A stretch of 59,197 nucleotides of DNA, filler included, from Sphacelaria rigidula (GCA_964200075.2; 5 parts of 5 records of this genome joined end to end with filler, not necessarily neighbours in it); one strand, 5' to 3'. Counted from the whole stretch's first letter, positions 1 through 12,903 are shown. Notes: generated from the sequence alone by a model not told the origin. Translations and numbers: made by a program.

Positions 1-935
1 GACTCGAAATTTCGAGCAACAAATGGCCCAAAATACCCCCCCCTATCGTAGGATGACTCTAAGACTGTTGAAGGTATTTTGTTCTGACCATGAGAATTTG
101 TGGTGCATTGAAACTCCTCGGGCAGACGATTCGTGAAGAAGTTTTGCAATCCTGGATAGCTGTAGATAAGCCGTCTAGTTGAGTGACTGGAACGGGCTTT
201 TGGGCTTGGGGCGCCAGCGTCTCGTGGTTACGATCAGGCTTCAAGCTCAAACCGCGCCTCGAGGGGAGTGCGATGAACTGTGATACATAGCAACTGTAGC
301 GGTAGCAACGCGTCGTTCGGGCTTGGGAGAACAGGAGTTTCTCAATCTCCGGTTTTCGGTAGGGAGGGTAGTGAGGAGTTCAGCCCTCTGAGAACTAGAA
401 ACTGGAGTATGTTTCGGTCAGACCACTGGTACTTGATCGCTGGTTTCTAGTACAAGATATTGCGTAGATTTTCGTCGCTGGTGTTCCCTAACTTGAGGCT
501 AGGTACCATTGCACGAACGATCTAGACAGAATGGGCGAATCGGGAGTACCGGAGGGCAAAGTCTGGTCCTCGCTGGGCGGCCACGTTCTACCTGACATGT
601 CCCGAATCCAAAACCGTGCGGACGGACAAAACGAAATTGGTAGGAATTTTCACAACTGGCTGAAAACGAAAAATTCTCGATATTTCCTCACGAGGTGGAC
701 ACGTCTACGGAGAAAATAATGCTAGCCTCGACACGAGTTCGAGTCTCCGAAAAGGTCCGGATTTCTTGACGAACAATATCACCACTCATCCGACCCACAC
801 ATCCACATAGCTTTGAGCTCGTTTTTTGTCTCTTGGCGCGTGAGATGAACTTCGTTAGTTGTGGGTAGGCAAACATGTGGACAGGGTCGCTGGTGTGACT
901 TTCGCGTCTGTCTTTACACAAAATCCACAAAGCAG

Positions 936-1625
936 GCGCCCCGCGATCCGGCAGACAGCGACCTCAGCAAGCCTATCGACGAACAACAACTACAACAGCG
1001 GCAGAAACAAGAAAGCGGCGGCGATAGCAGGGGCGACAACGACCAGCTGATTTCGCTTCTACGAGGCATGCTCGTCCCGGAACCCTCCCATCGGCTGTCG
1101 GCCGGCGAATGCCTCGCATTTGAGTCTGTATTTCCCTCAGTTTCATCTTCCTTGTTAGGTCGATCTCCACATGACAGTTCAGTTGACGCAGCTGCCCATA
1201 AGATGGTTTCCGCACCAGCATCAGCGGCAACGACAACAGCTGCAACAAGAGCGGCGGTAAATGATGATCAGCGTCAGTTCGACGACGTTGGGCAAAATAA
1301 TGAGGAGTGCCCCAAACCGGTTTGTTCAGAGCTGGTTCAGTCAGAACCAGTTGAGTCAGAACCAGTTCAATCAGAATCATCTCCACCCAAACCAGTTCCA
1401 TGTGAAGCTGCTCCATCGGAACGGATTCCACTCGAGCCGGCTCCAACCGAACCGGGTGAAGCGGGGTCGGATTCGCACGGTCCTCCGACGTTCACAGCCG
1501 CTTGCCAGGCGGTGGCCACGACCGAAAGAAATGCGGTCAACCCGGCATTCGACGTGCAGCAGGAACACGAGGTGAACTACTCAACGCCCGATAATGTGGA
1601 AAACGGCGGGGCGGACTCGAAATAG
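936..1625 (+). CDS. Terminal exon of a protein kinase (end of catalytic domain plus acidic/Pro-rich tail); upstream exons not identified
   Basis: Acceptor ...aaagcag|gcg at 935/936 is in frame with ORF 861..1625. LISLLRGMLVPEPSHRLSAGECL matches kinase subdomain XI (LI..ML..DP..R.SA.ECL). Stop TAG at 1623-1625. Confidence 0.7.
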   Translation, partial: APRDPADSDLSKPIDEQQLQQRQKQESGGDSRGDNDQLISLLRGMLVPEPSHRLSAGECLAFESVFPSVSSSLLGRSPHDSSVDAAAHKMVSAPASAATTTAATRAAVNDDQRQFDDVGQNNEECPKPVCSELVQSEPVESEPVQSESSPPKPVPCEAAPSERIPLEPAPTEPGEAGSDSHGPPTFTAACQAVATTERNAVNPAFDVQQEHEVNYSTPDNVENGGADSK

Positions 1626-2407
1626 TTCATATGGCAGATGTCGATACCGTCCTACAGGAATCAAGAAAAAAAATTCCGACACGTTGGCTTCTACCTGTTT
1701 ACCCAAAAACTGCATACCTGAACTCAAACATGTACGCGGTGCCAAAGCGCGGAGAGACACGGCAGGGCGGATATATGCACATTTTAAGACTAAAAATCAC
1801 CAAGTTAGTTTCCGCTAACTTCGCCACCCCAGTGTGTTCCGCGCCCTTGGAGTCTCATTGCCCTGACCTGACAACGCGCGGTACTATGGTACTACCGTCG
1901 CAGATCGTCAGACCAGACTCTCAATCGCGCGATTTTTTGCACCGCGGTATCGATCGAAATCTTCCGCTGATGCTGTTTCGAGATGTGCACCTCTCACGCT
2001 CATCTCGTTCAGCACGGGCAGCACCGGTGCGCATATGGCGCATTGTTTCCGCCAGTTTATGTTTGATTCCCCGCGCCTTTGCACTCTGATGTCCCTGCCC
2101 ATCCCGCTACACATAACCCAGACAAGCAACCCTATCGGGCGGCGTGCCCAACAACATCATGTGCGCAGCACTCGGACGTCTAGCGAATTGATTGCGGCGA
2201 GATCCCTATAAATACTCGCTTGTAGTCCTCGTAGTCCACGTTTAGTTTTTCGCGGCGATGAGGAGCAACGCGTCGACGACCACGTCTGTTTGCCATGACT
2301 CAAGACATGTCGCTACCGATGCCCAACCCTTCGACGTTCGATGTGTGATACTCTGCAACCGCCCGCGCCCCTCATGCGTGTCTGCTCGCGTGCTTTTTGG
2401 CCAAATA

Positions 2408-3300
2408 CGAGCTGGGTCAGACAACAAACCGATTTACAATCTCACAGCCATATGCCATCGACGTAGACGAAATAGGCCGTGATTTGCGCATCTTATGAAT
2501 CGTCTAATCAAGGGGCAGATGCGTATCTGCTCTACAGCCTGAGCACTTTTTACTCGTTTTGGAAGTACCACGAAACTGAATCCTATGACGTATGGGGATA
2601 GGATCCACACTAATGTCTATCCGAATGAGATGTTCCGCAAATTATGGTTTTTGGCGTGGGCATTCCCTGGAGCACGGGGGAACGCTGAATACCCCTTTTT
2701 TCTTCTTATTTGTCATCTACGTAGAGATATGGCGTGAAAACGATTCCCTACTAAACTCGATATATTGTACTACGAGCAGAGGCACTAATTGCACTAATCT
2801 GGGATTTTCGCCTCAATCCTGAGAGTTGTGCTTTAAAAGTTGGTGTAGAGTATCGGTAGGACATGATAAAAGATAATGTCAGCTTCATGATTTTTGTCAT
2901 GTTTTTCATGAGTTAACGAAGTCAATCGTGAACAATTGATATTTGTTTTCACCCCCCGCTGTGCCTCATTTTTCAGAGTTTGTTGTGAAATTTTAGCATG
3001 GAGAATCGCAAGTTCATTATAGAAACACAAAACCGCGCGGTCCGTGACTTTTCTTCGGGTGAGCTGCGGGTATTTCTGTGAAAAAGCAGTCCTTATTACA
3101 CTAGAACGTCCCTCATCCACGGGAAGTAGCGATACCTCGCGATCTTTAATACATTTATTGTTGTCTTCGCGATTCTCCACACAAAATTTGAAAGCATAAG
3201 TATCAAAAGTAGGCTGTTAAATGGCCTACAAAATGCTGTTTTTATTTCGACCGACCCAGGCTGCAAATCTGGAATTATCACCCGAATTTTGAGAGCTGCC
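2408..3300 (+). mobile_element. Truncated non-autonomous Tc1/mariner-type DNA transposon, related to the element at 53360..54574
   Basis: Starts TA|CGAGCTGGGTCAGAC. 2408-2530 and 2720-2840 align by eye with 53360-53485 and 53690-53805. No right TIR found, so the end is approximate. Confidence 0.55.
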
Positions 3301-3480
3301 GTTTGAAATTCGGTATGGAGAATCGCTATGGCATGCTTGAACGGTGAATTTTCAACCCGACCGCTATGTCCGCTTTCCCAATTTTCAACCCGACAACTGG
3401 GATGTGGACCGGTTTGCTCCCCCGAAAAGCCAGCGGAGCGAGAGGAGGAAGAGATCGAGGACGAGGAATCTACGCCAGGA

Positions 3481-3522
3481 ATGGATGGATATGTCCGCGA
3501 TCGCGTGGTGAAGATTGAAGAG
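3481..3522 (+). CDS. Hypothetical protein gene A, exon 1 (MDGYVRDRVVKIEE)
   Basis: ATG at 3481; donor GAG|gtttga, phase 0, matches the exon at 4751. The frame is also open upstream to 3328, so the start is uncertain. Confidence 0.5.
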
Positions 3523-4750
3523 GTTTGAGCGTAATCAACATATATATATATATATTATATGCTGCGAAGACATAGGGATAATAGTGAGATACAGAACACG
3601 ATTCAGTTGGCCATCTGATCTGTGCATTACAATTAGCTTCTAGTAACGCATTTACATGACATTTACAGCAGTACGTGCATGAATTCACGAAACATTCAGT
3701 TTGGTACCTTTTCAATGGAGAATTCGCTCCACTCTCGGGATAATATTTCATGCAGAATCGTCCTGTATACGTGTGCGAAGTATGGTACTAAATGCTCAAT
3801 CATCAGCACGCCGGAAAGACATGATTCCTTGATATTCGTCTGATACCAAGATGATGAAATATTATGTAACCTTGTTTGTGAATCTTACAGCAGACATCTG
3901 CGCTCGACAGTTCGATGTTTGAAAACATTTAACGATCACGATTTCGGCAACATGAACCTCTTCGACGGTGAAACTTGTTGGGGCACCTGTATGCTGCGGA
4001 AGCATGTTCATACAGCACATCGAACGATCCAGTCACAGTATCGGGCTTCACGTTGCTATAGAACCGACAAAAATTGGGATAACGCAAAATAGTCAACGGG
4101 CGGTGGTAGAACCAGAGTCTGTCATTGTTAACTCCTTGTGTTGCCATGGTCTCATTTTTACAAGAGTCCGAGAGACTACTTAATATACATGTAGGTATTG
4201 AGCGCCCGGGTGTTTTGGTGTGCACGTCAAACGGTGCTGCTCTGTCCGCTGCAGGTCGAGTATGCTGCCATCAGTGAGCAGTGGATCATTTTTTTCATCC
4301 GGTCGTTGTGTTTGTGCCATTTCCGAGTCATGCTGCTGATGAATTGCACTGCATGTGATTACTATCCACGATTGACTTTTTGTCCCGTGTCGTTTGATCT
4401 CCAGCGGGTACAGCAGTGTCACGGACGATGGTATTACCTGGGAAGCTATGGTCTCTGTGAGAACCAGGTGCCATGGACAAAACCTACGGGTCACCTCGAC
4501 ACTTCGGCTACTATGCCATTAGAAGAAGACCACCAACAATATGCCACATTTCCATTCCATTTGAATATACAAAAGTGCCCCCCTCTCGGAACATTCCCCA
4601 AACGTGCCTCTGGCGACAGGAGCAACGACCGAAATCAGCCTTTGGGTTTCTTCAATCAGACACTAAATAAAACGACCTAGAAATCAGACACTGGAAAAAA
4701 AAAAACCTAGGAAAATACCGGTTTATCTCTCTTACTGTCGTTTTCAACAG

Positions 4751-5338
4751 GCAGAAGCCCGGGCTGTCATCGCAGCAGCCGCTTCTCAATCGAAGGCGAC
4801 CGCACCGATATCGTCACCCTCTTCCGACAACACCGACAGCAATGGAGCGGCGGGGGCGAATTCCGTGGACGGTGATTGTGGTATTTCCAGCTACGGCGAC
4901 AACGATTTGGATCCGATGGGTCGAGGTGTTGTTGTCGTCGATGATGGTGATGCCGATTGTGGTGGCGCCGACGATACTGTCGGCAACGGTCATGCTCGTG
5001 GCCATGGGGATGATGTCGATGATGACAATGCCACCCTTGGGGCAAAAAAGGGCGACGGGAAGAGTGATAATGTGGCCGACGTTGACGCTGCCCATACCAC
5101 TACTGAAGCAAGAGAGGGCGGTGGCAGTGGTGATGATGTCGCTAGCGTTGACGCTACCGCTCGAGCTCCTGCCGTTCGTGGTCATGTCGGTCGTGAAGCT
5201 CACGACGGGCTGCGGTGCAAGGAGGCGTTCGCAGAGCTGTCTGCAACGGGACCCGGCGGTGAAAGTGCCTGCAAGGCGATCGAAATCATTTTGTCGGTGC
5301 TGGGCAATGGAGCAATACTAGGGTCGCCACATATTGAG
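4751..5338 (+). CDS. Hypothetical protein gene A, exon 2 (Asp/Gly-rich)
   Basis: Acceptor ttttcaacag|gca, donor GAG|gtgtgc, 196 open codons, phase 0/0; overlaps ORF 4865..5416. Confidence 0.7.
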
Positions 5339-5846
5339 GTGTGCGTGTGTGCGTGGACACTAAAGGAAGGTCTCGGAACACTGAAGCCTACGCACGGCAT
5401 TTTACGCCATATTTGAACAAACATGAGGAAAAATGGTATATCCTTTGACAAACAACGCATCCAAAACTTGAGAAACAAGACGGAATCATTAGATGTCTCA
5501 GATGATGGGAACAGGATGTCAGGTGCCCTGCAGGCATTGTTTATCCGGCAGTAGCGAGAATATGGCTCATCTCTATTTGTGTGTTGAGTGAGTATATCCG
5601 AGTAATGATCTCCGGCTGAGACATTAGACAGGTAACGCTCAGCCTCCATCTACAGTATTCTAACATTGTGGCTTCAGTATCGTCACAACAGTGCAGCTTG
5701 ATAGTTCAGTATGTGTCAAATACTACGTGATTCGAACTGCCGTGCGGCGGAGCATCCACCCACATAAAAACATAGGTACGAGTTTTTACTCCGATAAGGC
5801 TCACTGCCGTAGCACGTCAAATACGCTCTACAAGTGGGTCGTCAAA

Positions 5847-5848
<2 letters not shown>

Positions 5849-5911
<63 letters not shown>
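5849..5911. repeat. (CA)n microsatellite
   Basis: Perfect dinucleotide run just upstream of the exon 3 acceptor. Confidence 0.95.
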
Positions 5912-5913
<2 letters not shown>

Positions 5914-5937
5914 GCCTGCCTGTGTCGCACAATTCAG

Positions 5938-6144
5938 GAAGCATCCGCACTGCTACAGACTGCCGTTAGGGAAGCGGATGGGGATGAAAACGTGGGCGGC
6001 GCGGTGCTTTTGAGGAGTATGAGGAAGTTCGGGTCGTTAGTGGGAGGAGTCGAAGGGTTTGCGGATGGGCAGCTAGTCTGGCTGGCTGCGGGGCTGGCCA
6101 CCGTGGCTGATCACGAGCTTCGACAGCCTGCCGGAAAGTGTCAG
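5938..6144 (+). CDS. Hypothetical protein gene A, exon 3
   Basis: aattcag|gaa ... cag|gtattc; 69 open codons (EASALLQTAVREAD...QPAGKCQ), phase 0/0. It has no ATG, so the ORF track misses it. Confidence 0.7.
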
Positions 6145-7338
6145 GTATTCTGAGCGAATCTTTTACAGCTGACTACCGTGCCGATTGGTTGAAACCTATT
6201 CATCACACTTTGCTGATGACTTATTTTCAACCGTGGGCAGTTTTGAAAACCCTTCTAAAATAGTTTTCGTACAATGTCCGAGAAACTCAGGAAGAACGAA
6301 ACATAAAGAATAGCAGTGATTGATTGACTGCTCGATGTGGATGTCGCACACATTGTAGCTGTCTGCCCTTTCTGCCTCTCCGTTCTTCGTTTCGGCCGTT
6401 TCGATCTCACACAGGTTTCCAACACGTACTGTTAAAGGCGTGCTTATTAATATAATGCGTGTGCCCTGCACAAGATTGATTTATCGACGCGAACGCCAAG
6501 CGGTCTGACAAGGCAGATAGCATTGGTGCTTTCCACATCATAATTGGTAGTAGTCGAAACATGATGTATCGACTATCCCGAAGATCACTCAGTAGCGTTT
6601 GCGCGTGTTTAGACCCCAATGCTTGCAATGGGTCAAGCTCTTTTGGTGACAACCATCGTGCGCGAGCCGTAGCGGGATGTATGGATCGACAGTACAGTAA
6701 CATCGAGTGCTCTTTGCGGCGTGATTCTTGGTGCAAGTATTCGATTGTGAATTGTACGTGTGTGATACATACGTACAAAACATGGTCCTTCTCCCAGCCT
6801 ACGCTATGTAGTAAGCGTATTCTGGAGGATATCTCTTTGCAGTGACATATTAGAGACTGATGCCACACATGTATGCAGACCCAGCGTAAGCAGGGACAAG
6901 GTAGGAACGTTCCGGAAGGACCAGATCACAGATGACCCTGTAATGCCGACGTAACTAGACAACTCGGGGTGATGCTGAGAAGAGCCTAAGATTAGGACGG
7001 TCCAACATCCCCCGAGGAACGGGTCGCCCACGGCGACCACTCTCCTAGTCTGATCCCATTTCTTGCCTACATGTACAAGAGGAAATCATGGCCAGCCTCG
7101 GAGTTCCTTCGGCATCAGGATGGCAGTCTTCCCCCGTAGGTCTCTGACCACTCTAGCGATACGCCTTCCTCACGGCATAACACAAACAGCATATTTAACA
7201 CATACACTTCCGTGAAAATCGGCACAAAAAGGGGACCCTCTTGTGGGGTGACGAAGACATGTTGTTCTCCTGTGCATCAGATCTTGAGATATTGTGGTGC
7301 TGGCTCTTGGATCTTTCGATAACAACGATGTTTTTCAG

Positions 7339-7552
7339 GAATGGGCCACCCAGGCTAGGAGGGGGACAAGACTACTCCCACCAGCCGCCGTAGGTGCAGG
7401 CGACAACAGTCACAACGGCAGTCCCCTCCAAGAATGCGCGGACTACCTCAGACAAGATCCGGATCTTGAGGCGGCACGGGAGCACGTCTCGGGAGCAGAA
7501 GTTGCTGTGCCCGATATTTGCGCCAGCACTCTGGTCGCGCTTTGTCAGGCGG
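7339..7552 (+). CDS. Hypothetical protein gene A, exon 4
   Basis: ttttcag|gaa ... gcgg|gtgagt, phase 0/1, within ORF 7294..7560. Confidence 0.65.
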
Positions 7553-8901
7553 GTGAGTAATCGGAGCGAAATATCGAGTAGATTCTGATTTATGTTCTAT
7601 TGCCCATGTCTCTGCCTGTATCTCTGAGTTCCCCCGTCTGTCTCTCTCTCTATTTGTGCTTTGTTGACATGGTGCGTTCGACGGAAGAGGTGGGCATGCA
7701 TGGAGCGGATCGATCAGATTTATGCTGATTGGGGCGTGCACTGAACACAGTATTATGCCCAGTACGGTCCACGTATGGCGTTCCCTAGTAGTGCATGAAG
7801 AGCACGATTTGCTCTATAATTTCTCATCTGCCATACGTGTGTGGCGCAAATACGAAATATCAGCTCATCACAGAGCCAGGCTGTCGACAATAACTCGATG
7901 GCCTCCAGGATATCATCTCATCGGTTTTCATTCTTGTTGCGTCGGTTCACAACAATAACATGTCAACACTTACAGGAAAAACAGCTAAGCCTCTCGCAAA
8001 TAATAACAGCAAAACGTGCTGATATTCTCGAGAATGATTCATTTTTCTCGTGTGTATGCCTCGTCGTCTCCGCTCGCTTGCTGCCGAGAATTCTGAACGC
8101 CCTACAAGTGCCATGTATCTTCGTGGCATGGAAATAACCAACGCTTTCTACGATAGCTTCCCTCACAAAAAGTGGCTGGTTTGGGGAGGCAAAATCTATC
8201 CGTAAATCGAAATGAAAAACGCCGGGCACAACGAGCAGCTGGGAATCCCAATTCCTGGGTTCGTTTTCGCCCATGCTGTCCTTCTGAGGCGTTTCGTGCA
8301 GCCTGTAACCAAGCATCAGGCGCTGTATGACCACTTTCTTTGTGACAGTTTTGGGCTGGTTTGGGGGAGGGTTGCCTCCCCCCCTCCCACCCCCCCACCC
8401 CAATATCTCGTTCTGCGGCGTGTGAGATGATCTCAGAAATCTCCGCACCTCAGTCGACGTTTCCTGTTTTTTTCTGATGCATCCATTGGATATCACCGAC
8501 TCATGGCCGACTCGTGCCGATCTCTCAAAGAGGTGTACTTTCCTTCCCGCCCTGGACTGAAGGTCTCATGGGCTTGCGTGAGCTCAGAAGTCCGACTGCG
8601 TCTCTGCCTGCATGATTGCCTGGGTTTGAAGAAGACGACATTCTTCGTGTAGTGGTACCCGCTCTGAGCTATTATCATCCGTCAAGTAGAGGGTGGTGAG
8701 CATTTTCAGTACAACACCCAATCACCCATCCCCTAGTGTTGGAATCTTCCTCGTTCCTACTATTCCCAACGTTCCCATCTCGTCCACGGCACGAAATCTG
8801 GATCTTATTCACAAAAACATCAACACAACACCCGACGGACTGCTTTCTCGTTGTTTTCCCCTCCGCCTGGCACCGCTCGTCCTCTGCCCCTTGTCCCTCA
8901 G

Positions 8902-9028
8902 CCAATCAACGGGGGGACGTGGCGGCGGTTGACGCAGTACATGCCTCGTCACGCATGACGACCCTGTCGAGGACGGTATGCTCCCTCGCCCCCTTCGTGC
9001 TCGATATAGATCAACCGTTGCGGGAAAG
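8902..9028 (+). CDS. Hypothetical protein gene A, exon 5
   Basis: ccctcag|cc ... gaaag|gtgaat, phase 1/2, within ORF 8736..9032. Confidence 0.6.
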
Positions 9029-9899
9029 GTGAATAAAGTATGGCTTCCGTTTCAAGCTTAGCCATGCGCACAACATGTTGCCTATGAGCAGCTCATCAAG
9101 AGAAGCAAACGGTAGCAACACTTTGTAGCTAGAGTTCAATTTATCCTCGAAACCGACACCAGTCCGTTGTTTCACCCGGGGTGGTGAAAATCGAGCAAGA
9201 AGTGAACATCTCACTAATTGACAATCGCTTTGCAATCGAGGTCGTACATAATACTACACACCAAGCAAGGACAACCCTCGTCGGCAGGTGTCTTGGGACC
9301 CGTGGCACTAGCATGTTTTGTGCGGCCGTGAATAGCAGGGCGGGTAGGGGTCACAGCAGCACAGCGGTAGCAAACAAGGCGATGTGGGGCCAAGGTTCAC
9401 TTTACCTCGCGCCTGCCTCCGCCGGCATTCGTGAGATCGTGTGTGAACCCGAGGTTCCCGATTACTAATCTTTGCATAAAGGGGAACGTGGCACATACCA
9501 CGAATTCCCTTGATACAAGTAAGCAACGCAGTACTTTGCCTTTCAGATGGTGACGTTGGGTGTGGACGGGACACCGACTATCCCTTTGCGAGAGAAGCGA
9601 GAAAAGCAAACCACGCCCATCGATGACACTAAAACACGCAAATTGCTGTGTCCATTTCGAAATAGAAACACGCGTGCCGTTTTAGTGTACGCGAGCATGG
9701 GCTTGGACACGAAGACGAACATGGACATGGACATGGACATGGACATGGCGTCGGTTCTCAACTAAAAGTAATGCCCCTGCGGCCAGCCGCCGTGCTGCCC
9801 ATACAGAGGGGCGAACACTCGATGTCGTAAACGATGTTCTTTTTTTGTTTTTTTTGTTTTTCCGATTTTCGTTATCCGAGAGCGTGACATTTTTCTTAT

Positions 9900-10450
9900 T
9901 TGATTGGTTGATTGATTGATCGATTGATCGATTGATGATCATACACTGACTGATCCCCCAGGTGGTCATGATCCAGTCGTGGTCATTATCCACACGATAG
10001 ACGTACGTGAGACAAGAACAAAACCGAAACACTCCCTGAAGGAAAGTGAAGAAAAAACGAAAACAGGAACGATATAACAGATAAACAGAGTAAACTGAGA
10101 GAAAAGAAAAGAAAATGTGAATGACCGGTCTTTGAGCCATGGCTTCGGTGGAAAATTCTTGCGCGGAAACCACAGTCATACCTAGTCGGAGAAAACAAAA
10201 GGCCGTGAGAAACGATTGCGGCTGGACTACCACGCACCTCATTATTTTGGGTATGAAACTTCTCTTCCATCGACCCCACGGAAGCGAGGCAATGTGAGTT
10301 GGCAAACCCAAAAAGCAAAGAAAACGATAAATCGGCGGATTGCGGAAGTGGCGACAAATGCTCGATCCAAAGTCAAGGAACAGAACCAGGAGAGAGATGT
10401 GTTCATCATTCCACGGAACATATCCTTCTCGAAGCAGAGCATGGGGCATG
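9900..10450 (-). mobile_element. Degenerate non-LTR retroposon 3' end with (AATC)n tail
   Basis: gattgattgatc...ccccaggtggtc...gtcgtggtc...gatagacgtac resembles 34468-34740, 42937-43256 and 55190-55375. Confidence 0.5.
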
Positions 10451-11083
10451 AAACGTACCGAGAAGCCAGAGAAAAATATTGCCTGCGTGTGTGTGTGTGC
10501 GTGTGTTTGTTTTTCACCTCAAAGTGTGTCTGTCACGTTCTCCGCCGGGATTTGGAACCAAATCTCAATTGACTAATTGAAAACCGCGTGGAAACCAACA
10601 TTTTCGGAGCCGTCTACGGGAGGAGCCGCGATACACAGTGACACATCCACACTCACAAATCATACAGTGTTCAAAACGCCCGTTGTAGGAGCTCCAACGC
10701 ACGGGGCGATAGGCTCTCAGTCATCGCACATCCACGTTCCACGAATGTTCAGGATTTGAGCGGCCGGGGTCCTCTCGAGCGTACCACTTTGCCACCTGTC
10801 ACTCTTGTTTTCAGGTCAAGGATTTTTGCCATTAAAACACTAAACGATCAGCCTCATAACAGTTGAATTATTTTCGCACGAAAAAGCTCGGCTTGACGGT
10901 TGACGACAACCAGTTATAGCAAAGATGACCGCTTTCCCTTTGGCGGATACGGCCGGTGGTAGAGCGCGGTGGATTTTCAATTTTACCCTGAGCATCAGTG
11001 CCCATTCTCAACCTCCCCGACCCGACCTTCCCGTGTTTGTCCGTCTGCATGTCGACCCTACCACTCATGCGGTGTCACTACAG

Positions 11084-11258
11084 GACCGATCAGCTCACTG
11101 CCGTTTTTGCTGAGTTGGGCCTACGCTTCTATGATTCGGAGGAGAGCAGCACTATCAACGACCAAGATTTGTGGTGCCTGCTATCCCCCGCTGCCCAGGC
11201 GGTGTTGCTGAAGGCTGCCCTTGTGGAGGGTGAGGATGTGTGGCGAAATAGTCGTTGA
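11084..11258 (+). CDS. Hypothetical protein gene A, terminal exon
   Basis: actacag|g, phase 2; RTDQLTAVFAELGLRFY...VWRNSR*. The six exons total 1353 nt (450 aa plus stop) with all phases compatible. Confidence 0.65.
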
Positions 11259-11761
11259 ATGTCAACTGCTCGGTGCAACTGTGTTGACGAAAAGAAATGT
11301 GGAACTAGGGGTAGTGATTGCATGATCCATCAGCTCACGTCGTGCGTGGGTGTGTTCGTGAAGCTTTTGCATACCGATCATCATCACTTGCGAGCGCGAC
11401 GGAAAACAATTGGTCTCTTCGTTGTTCACGGTCTGCTCTGTAATCGTCGATCTGTGCTGGACAGAGCGTTCTGTTCAGGATAAACGAAAATCAGTACTAG
11501 TATATTCGATGTAATATGTTAACACTATGGGCAATGCGATGGTCCTCGAAATCGTTACATGACGCGCACTTTTACGTGGCACAGTTGATTCATGTACGCT
11601 ATCGTGCGGCATGTATGATCTATACTTGACTTTTCAGTTTTTTCAGCGACACCGAGGATAGAGATACTCTGTGTACATCACGTATAATCTGTTCTGTCCA
11701 CACTCGACACTTTATACGATAGACAAACGCTGTCGGCCCCCCACCACAACAACAGCCGCAC

Positions 11762-11861
11762 NNNNNNNNNNNNNNNNNNNNNNNNNNNNNNNNNNNNNNN
11801 NNNNNTTAATTAATTAANNNNNNNNNNNNNNNNNNNNNNNNNNNNNNNNNNNNNNNNNNNN
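11762..11861. other. Artificial contig spacer (N44-TTAATTAATTAA-N44)
   Basis: 100-bp N block with a linker carrying stops in all six frames. Confidence 0.98.
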
Positions 11862-12275
11862 CGAGCACTCGAGTCATCGCTCACTGTGAAAAAAGAATAT
11901 ATAGGGGGAGCACTCGAGTCATTGCTCGTTGTGGAAAAAAACAATAGGGCGAGCACTCGAGTCATTGATCGTTGTGAAAAATTTAATAGGGCGAGCACTC
12001 GAGTCATTGCTCGTTGTGGCAAAAATGAATAGGGCGAGCGCTCGAGTCATTGCTCGTTGTGGCAAAAATGAATAGGGCGAGCACTCGAGTCATTTCTCGT
12101 TGTGGAAAACAACAATAGGGCGAGCACTCGAGTCATTGCTCATTGTAAAAAAAGAAGTTGACTCGAGCGCACGAGTCATTGCTCGTTGTAAATAAAGGTC
12201 ATGACTCGGGCGCACGAGTCATTGCTCGTTGTAAAAAAAGTAATGACTCGAGCACACAAGTCATGCTCGTTGTGT
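11862..12275. repeat. Minisatellite, about 43-bp unit, about 10 copies
   Basis: Unit gcgagcactcgagtcattgctcgttgtggcaaaaatgaatagg recurs at about 11862, 11908, 11950, 11992, 12035, 12078, 12121, 12165 and degenerates rightward. Confidence 0.9.
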
Positions 12276-12903
12276 TTTGGAAAAACACCCACGAGTGCAT
12301 TTGTCTAAACGAGTAATGACCCGTCCGACCTGTGAAATGTACTGTAACGATCATATGCATCCGATTGCACGATACCATCACGCCAGTCGTTCGGGGTCAA
12401 TTGTGGACGGTTTTGCGCAGAAGCTAGCTTCCTGCGCACATACACTGCGCAGACACATACACTGTCCAGTACAGTTTGCCTATCATCGCTATCCTAGCAT
12501 AGAGTTGTGCTGTCGGTGTCGGCTGCCCATCATGAGCTTGACCCACGCCAGAGTGTTCCACACCGAGCAATGAACGCTTTGGCCAAGCTTCGACTTCGAT
12601 TCTGTCAAGAAGAAACACCCTGCATTCTCGACAGACGTCAATAACCGGGGATATTGAAATATGTATAAACCTAGAGATACACGACTCGGCACCCTTTCCG
12701 CATGCAGCGTGGCCTCCGCAGTGTTGGAGTAAAGTCACGTCAAAAATGCGTCACCAGGGGTGTTATACTCCGTCATCAAACTAACGCATTTCGTATCCAC
12801 GACGGTATTCAACATGACCTGATGTCTAAAAAAGCAGCACCACAAATCCATTTAGAGCTCCACGCCTCGAGGACAGATCAATAATTTGAGGAAAAACCAA
12901 TAC

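Noticed and set aside
2090..2400. Solo LTR suggested by a CTATAAATA box
   Set aside because: No TG...CA boundaries, TSD or second copy could be identified.
9682..10449. 255-aa minus-strand ORF
   Set aside because: It runs through a retroposon 3' end and simple repeats inside an intron, with Phe-rich, non-protein-like composition.
11335..11470. Minus-strand exon-like frame (TLCPAQIDDYRADREQRRDQ...*) as the last exon of the SpoU gene
   Set aside because: It lies across an artificial spacer on a different contig, so it cannot be linked to SpoU. It may be the end of another gene, but evidence is insufficient.
11806..11817. Recurrent TTAATTAATTAA motif about every 11.86 kb as a biological periodic signal
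   Set aside because: It is embedded in N runs and is an assembly linker.
11862..12275. CRISPR array
   Set aside because: The sequences between repeats are homologous A-rich linkers, not unique spacers; there are no cas genes and the context is eukaryotic.
12424..12738. Second SpoU exon
   Set aside because: The acceptor phase does not match exon 1 and no SPOUT motifs (GNEG, SLNV) are present.
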